Part shown: in pieces, positions 59,501 through 64,000 of the stretch | Numbering within the stretch: position 1 is the first letter of the stretch | How the letters are laid out: the number at the start of each line of letters is the position of its first letter | NCBI GenBank assembly: GCA_002269645.1 | Contig: NIVC01000914.1 | Location: 9,981-73,980, forward strand | Source of the DNA: Macrostomum lignano | Lineage: Eukaryota | DNA: 64,000 nt | Reading direction: 5' to 3' | Made by a program: the position numbers and the translations under genes | The notes under the pieces: model-generated | Database searches by the model: none | What the model was told of the DNA's origin: nothing | What the model saw: only the letters and a program-made list of their open reading frames with translations

Positions 59501-61730
59501 TTGTAGAAAGTCGGACCGCAGAGCGGCCAGCAGCTCCCGGCGGCTCAGCTGAGTCAGCACACGCGGCGCTTGGACGGCTAGCGCGGCGAATTCCTCGCAC
59601 AGGAACAGGCGCGCCTGTCGGTGGACCCAGGCAGAACCGGTGCCGGCGCCGGACCAGTCCAGGACAGGCACCAGGGTGTCCGGGCACAGGGACTCCACCA
59701 GTAGGTCTTCACTAGCCCGGGTGAGACAGGGCAGCTCAAGGAAACGGCCAATCTCGTGCAGATCCATCAGGTCCTGGGCATGAGCAGACAGAGGGTCACT
59801 GATACTACCGGCTAAGTAACTGCGGAACGAGCAACCCAATCTACCCGAATGCAAAACAAAGACTACTCCAACAGACAAAACAAAGACTACTCCAAAAACT
59901 GAAACCAAGGCTACTTCACAAGTCAAAACAAAGACTACTCTAAAAGACAAAACAAAGACTACTCCAAAAACTGAAACCAAGGCTACTTCAAAAGCCGAAA
60001 CCAAGACTACTTCAAAAGACAAAACAAAGACTACCCAAAAAGCCAAAACAAAGACAACTTCAAAAGCCAAAAACAAAGACTCACCCGCAGTGCCAGGCAG
60101 TCGGGCAGGCGGTCGGTGTACAGGCAGGTCAGCATAGCCGGCGCCAGGCGGCGCGGCAGCACAGCCTCGTCGAGCACCAGCGCCAAAGGCGGCTCCGCCA
60201 GTTGAGCATCGCCGACGCCGTCACCGCCGCCGTGAACCGCGCAGCGGACAAGGCGCCGGCGTCGGTGCCTCCTGGCGGCGGCCAGGCGTTTCTCGACAAC
60301 GCCGGCAAAGAACGGCGATCGACAGGCCAGCAGGGCCCGGTGGCAGGGCAGCTCGATTCGCCTCGCCCGCGGTTCGGCCTCCTCAAATATTAGCACGCAG
60401 TCGGCCAGGTGGCCGGTGTCCAACAGTTGGGCTAAATCGTCGGACAGACGGCCGGGGGCGCCGAGCTCGTGGCAAAGGGCGGCCACAGTGGCCGGTGCGC
60501 TGAGGCGGGCCAGGCTGACCTCGCCGCAGTACAGGTAGGCCAGGAGGGCCCGGAGCAGCTCGGGGTCGAGGCCGCCAGGGACGCACAGGTCCAGTGGGTA
60601 ATCTATGGAATGGGGTGGTGGCGTTGAGTGCACAGTTAATGTCCTTTATATCAGATTCTTGTACAAGCGTTTTGACGATTGTACAAGTTGAATCCTCGTT
60701 ACAGCTCGAAGTCACCCAGCTGGAGTCCCGCGGGGTCAATCAAATTCACTTTGTTATCAGCTAAAATCAGGGTCACCTTGTAATCGGGGTCAATTAGGAT
60801 CATCCTGCAAGCGGGGTCAATTAGGGTCACCCTGTAACCGGGTCAATTAAGGTCACCCTGTAATCAGGTCACCTAGGGCCACTGTAATCGGGGTCAATTA
60901 GGGTCACCCTGTAATCGGAGTCACTGTCATAGATGTCAATTAAGGTCAACCTATAATCGGGTCACCTAGGGCCACTGTAATCGGGGTCAATTAGGGTCAC
61001 CCTGTAATCGGGGTCAATTAGGGTCACCCTGTAATCGGGGTCAATTAGGGTCACCCTGTAATCGGGGTCAATTAGGGTCACCCTGTAATCGGGGTCAATT
61101 AGGGTCACCCTGTAATCAGGTCAATTAGGGTCACTGTATTCGGGTCAATAAAGGTCACCCTATCATCGGAACACAAAAAAGCTCACCAGCGCCCCCAGTT
61201 GCGGCCGAGTCATAGTCCTCGCCGTTGGCAAACAGCCTAGCAAAGAAGTTGCTCCTAGCGGCCAGCACCGCCCGATGGACAGGGAAGGCGACACCGCCCA
61301 GGATCAGGCGAGTGTCGGAGCCGAGCCCGGTGCGCAGCAGGCAGCCGAGGTCCTGGCACAGGCTGCTGCACTGCGGCCTCGCTGCCGCAGCGCCCAGATG
61401 AGCATCTTTAAGCGCGTGCAGCGCCTCAAATTCGTCCAGCAAGACGCGCAGATCGGCGGAGCTCCAGTCGGCGATGAAGGCGCGAAATTGCTTGGCCGGA
61501 TCCGGCGAAGATCGTCGCCGAAGCCAGGCGACTCGCCGTTTCAGCGTCTGCTGCAGACGGGCCGTCGCCGACGAGGAAGACGACGATTGGCGGCTGTGAC
61601 CGGACGGCGCAAAGGAATTCGCCGAGCCAGTCGACAACGGCTGGCTCTTTTCTGAGCTGTTGCCATGGCAACCAAACTGTCCTAACGAAGCGGAGCTCGA
61701 GTCAGTCAGAGCAGATGGAGCGGCCCCCAT
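53572..61730 (-). CDS. BTBD7: BTB/POZ domain-containing protein 7 (two BTB domains + BACK-like region), about 713 aa
   Basis: Exons 61187-61730, 60085-60602, 59419-59773 (acceptor choice less certain) and 53572-54296; 2142 nt. Motifs LKRR...DPAKQFRAFIADW, FPVHRAVLAARSNFF, LDEAVLPRRLA, WSGAGTGSAWVHRQARLFLCEEF, SDFLQAAESDVL, HPRLFAPHLEE and AVREFGLPD match BTBD7 in order. Confidence 0.92.
55385..56020. repeat. 20-bp minisatellite TGGCGCTAAAATCTAGTCTG (block B)
   Basis: Direct reading. Confidence 0.93.
56572..56812 (+). mobile_element. tRNA-derived CORE-type SINE (block B)
   Basis: Paralogous to 46302-46550, with several substitutions and a short deletion. Confidence 0.85.
57013..58889 (+). 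mobile_element. piggyBac-superfamily DNA transposon (1877 bp) flanked by TTAA, in BTBD7 intron 3
   Basis: TTAA at 57009-57012 and 58890-58893; a single TTAA at the paralogous site 46751-46754; subterminal inverted repeats at about 57045-57078 and 58751-58787. Confidence 0.93.
57230..58731 (+). pseudogene. piggyBac (PGBD4-like) transposase split by a -1 frameshift near 57410-57430 and lacking the C-terminal Cys-rich domain
   Basis: Acidic N-terminal ORF 57230-57520 plus ORF 57382-58731 with LSIDETLVMYKGR, QYIPSKKSKYGIK, FTDSWFTS, GTVRKDR and MGGVDRMD (DDD triad); ends AEVIYSSQ*. Confidence 0.88.
60770..61160. repeat. 27-bp minisatellite GGGGTCAATTAGGGTCACCCTGTAATC in BTBD7 intron 1
   Basis: Direct reading. 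Confidence 0.92.
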
Positions 61731-62457
61731 TTGGTGGGCAGCTGTCTAAAGGCAAACTGCACAATGTCAGTTGGCCTAGGAGAACTTATTGCTCTTCTAG
61801 CTCTTAAATAAAAGTGCAAATGTTAACTAGAGTACATCTGAAAATTTAGAATAGCCATCTTTGGTTGAATTAAGACACTGTAAATACTATTTATACTATT
61901 TACATTACTCTCTCTGCCCTTTCTCCATCAGCCCAAGTGCTCTCTTTAAAATGAAAAATTGGACATTTTGCATAGTCTTAGACTAAGTTTGTTGTATCAT
62001 AACATGCATCATGATATATTAACCTTAATTTTGACATTCTAACATTGGATCTAAGATACCAAATTGGCACTTTGGATACTACTTAAGTTCAAGATTTTAA
62101 TAATTCAATAATTATAGGTCTTGGGATTCTTAAGACTTCTATCAATTATCAAATTTGAATATATAAACATGGAGTTTATAGTCTTTTTCAACTTCTATAA
62201 GTCAGATAGGCTTAGTAATATAAAAGATGAAAGTAAAAATATTAACATTTTGTTTAATAGATTTTTGGAATTTTTACTTTTTTTACCTTAAATTTTGACC
62301 CAAGTAACTAAAGACTAACAACTTTTTACTATGGTTTCTGGTCTTGTAGATAAGTTATATAATTTTATCATTAATCAATAGGTGATAAAAGTATTTTTTA
62401 AATATATTTATTACTAGATTTTAGTTTCAATGACATTAGTAAAAGTTATATTAATTA

Positions 62458-62877
62458 GGCAGTTGTCATTGTTATGGTGACCGTATAAATAGCGAGACAG
62501 TTATTTTTACGGTTAACACTTAAAACAAGTACCATCTAAATGAAGTGATGAACTTGCTATGCAAATACTATGATAGTTGAATTTAAAAAATAAAGAAACG
62601 TTTTATTAATAAATACCATGGTAACTTCTAGTGGTTCTTGTCATGGTAGCTTACTTTAGGTAATTGTTACTATTACCTTGTAATTTAACAGAAATTTCTT
62701 CCACATGACCATAAAAATAGCCATTTTGCTTCCCATCTATGGTGACCATAAAAATAAGTTTTGCTATTTATATGGTTACATTAAGTAAAGACCATAGGCC
62801 CACATAGTATCTTATGCGTTAACCATAAAAATAACCGTTTTGTTGTTTATACAGTCACCGTAACAATAACAACTGCC
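62458..62877. mobile_element. 420-bp MITE with about 60-bp imperfect TIRs (GGCAGTTG...CAACTGCC) and 8-bp TSD ATTAATTA
   Basis: ATTAATTA at 62450-62457 and 62878-62885; the two arms align by eye as reverse complements. Confidence 0.8.
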
Positions 62878-64000
62878 ATTAATTAAGGATATTAAAATTC
62901 TAAACTCTTATAAAATCAAAATGCTCAAAAAGAAGTGATATATTATATATCACTATCTTTATACTATATACTATATATTACTTCATAAAGAGTTTACAAG
63001 GCTTAACTTTTCTCTACTAAATCTTTAATCATCTTAGACTTAGACTAGTTTTTTTGTAAAAATTGAGTGGTATTTGGCACTTTAATCCAAAATCAGGGTG
63101 CTAAATCAGAAATCAGGGTGCCAATTAGTACTCATCAAAATGTTTAACTTAATTATTCAATGCTAATTTTTTATATTAATCCTTATCATTAATCCTGAAA
63201 ATTCCTAGAAAAAATGTAAAATATTGTTAGACATTAATATTACTTATTATTACTCATTCAACTTTTTCCTATATAAGTATTGAGATAATATATTACCTAT
63301 GCAGTAATATATACACTACACTTCAATGATGTCATCTTTACTCTATTATAAAAGTACATTAATTTCTTGGCAGCAGCAGGCTAAAAATTTATGGTGGCCA
63401 TTTTGGCAATATAGGTCTAATTCAAGGTGCCAAACAAAATTTTGAGGTATCATGGCAACCATTTGGCACAAAAAACCTAGGACTTAGGATAATGGTCTTT
63501 AATATTTGTTAATCAAAGGCAGGATAGAGCCTAAGAGCTTTAAACTACTATTGATATAATGGTATAAGACCAAGATGGCCACTCACCAAGATGGCCATAA
63601 CATTGAATCTTTATTATATCTACTCTATTTCTACCAGTAATTAGCAATATAAAAGCTATAGTTATATAAATTATCATATTTAATCAATCATATTCATAAA
63701 TACTAATACAATAATAGATTTGAAACGAATTACTTATAATACAAAATGCCACATTTAGAGACAAGGTAGCCATGTCTACGAGGGTCAGTCAAAAAGTAAT
63801 GATAATTTTTGTTATAACGCCTAAAATATCAGAGTTATTGATAAGTGTTATTGATAATTTATAAAGTGGATAATAATGTGAAGGCTTATTTTCACAAAAT
63901 TTCAAAAAATTTTCTCGATCGATCTGAAACATTATATATTAAATATTTAGTGCAGTCAAATAGGTTCTTATAAATAATTATTCTTGGAAAAGAAGAGTAT

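Larger units (their letters stand above)
39700..60189. other. Tandem segmental duplication: block A about 39.7k-48321, block B 48322-60189
   Basis: 40141 corresponds to 48741 (offset 8600); 43251 to 53572; 47407 to 59419; 48321 to 60189. The blocks differ by SNPs, array lengths, an 80-bp insert and a piggyBac. The left boundary lies inside the 33-mer array and is approximate. Confidence 0.95.

Noticed and set aside
59774-59830. Upstream acceptor ttccgcag at 59820 that would add SYLAGSISDPLSAHAQ to BTBD7 exon 3
   Set aside because: It is phase 2, while the exon 2 donor is phase 0. The phase-compatible acceptor at 59774 was used; an unseen micro-exon cannot be excluded.

Overview
Eukaryotic (animal) genomic DNA, not prokaryotic: spliced genes with GT-AG introns, most of them filled with intron-specific mini- or microsatellites. 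The style (GC-rich exons, satellite-packed introns, a gene apparently lacking its own Met) suggests a free-living flatworm such as Macrostomum; this is inference only. Exon chains were rebuilt by hand and checked for splice phase: prohormone-4/IDLSRF-like LDLa precursor (-, 3715-13932), a PDI-D/ERp29-type a-a'-D ER protein ending KEEL (+, 17111-21032), MVD (-, 22956-24560), Rab1 (-, 25896-31059), AK7 (+, 31431-38200, head-to-head with Rab1) and BTBD7 (-, 53572-61730). A tandem segmental duplication (about 39.7-48.3 kb versus 48.3-60.2 kb) creates a 5'-truncated second BTBD7; only the right-hand block carries a TTAA-flanked piggyBac. Also present: tRNA/CORE-type SINEs, MITEs and decayed RTE-like LINE fragments. 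Best leads: MVD probably gets its start codon from a spliced leader (possible Rab1-MVD operon); a 33-bp minisatellite reiterates an AK7 splice donor in frame; inverted 17-mer arrays bracket the LDLa exon; and the two BTBD7 copies differ almost only at synonymous sites. Most long ORFs in the supplied track are repeat artefacts.
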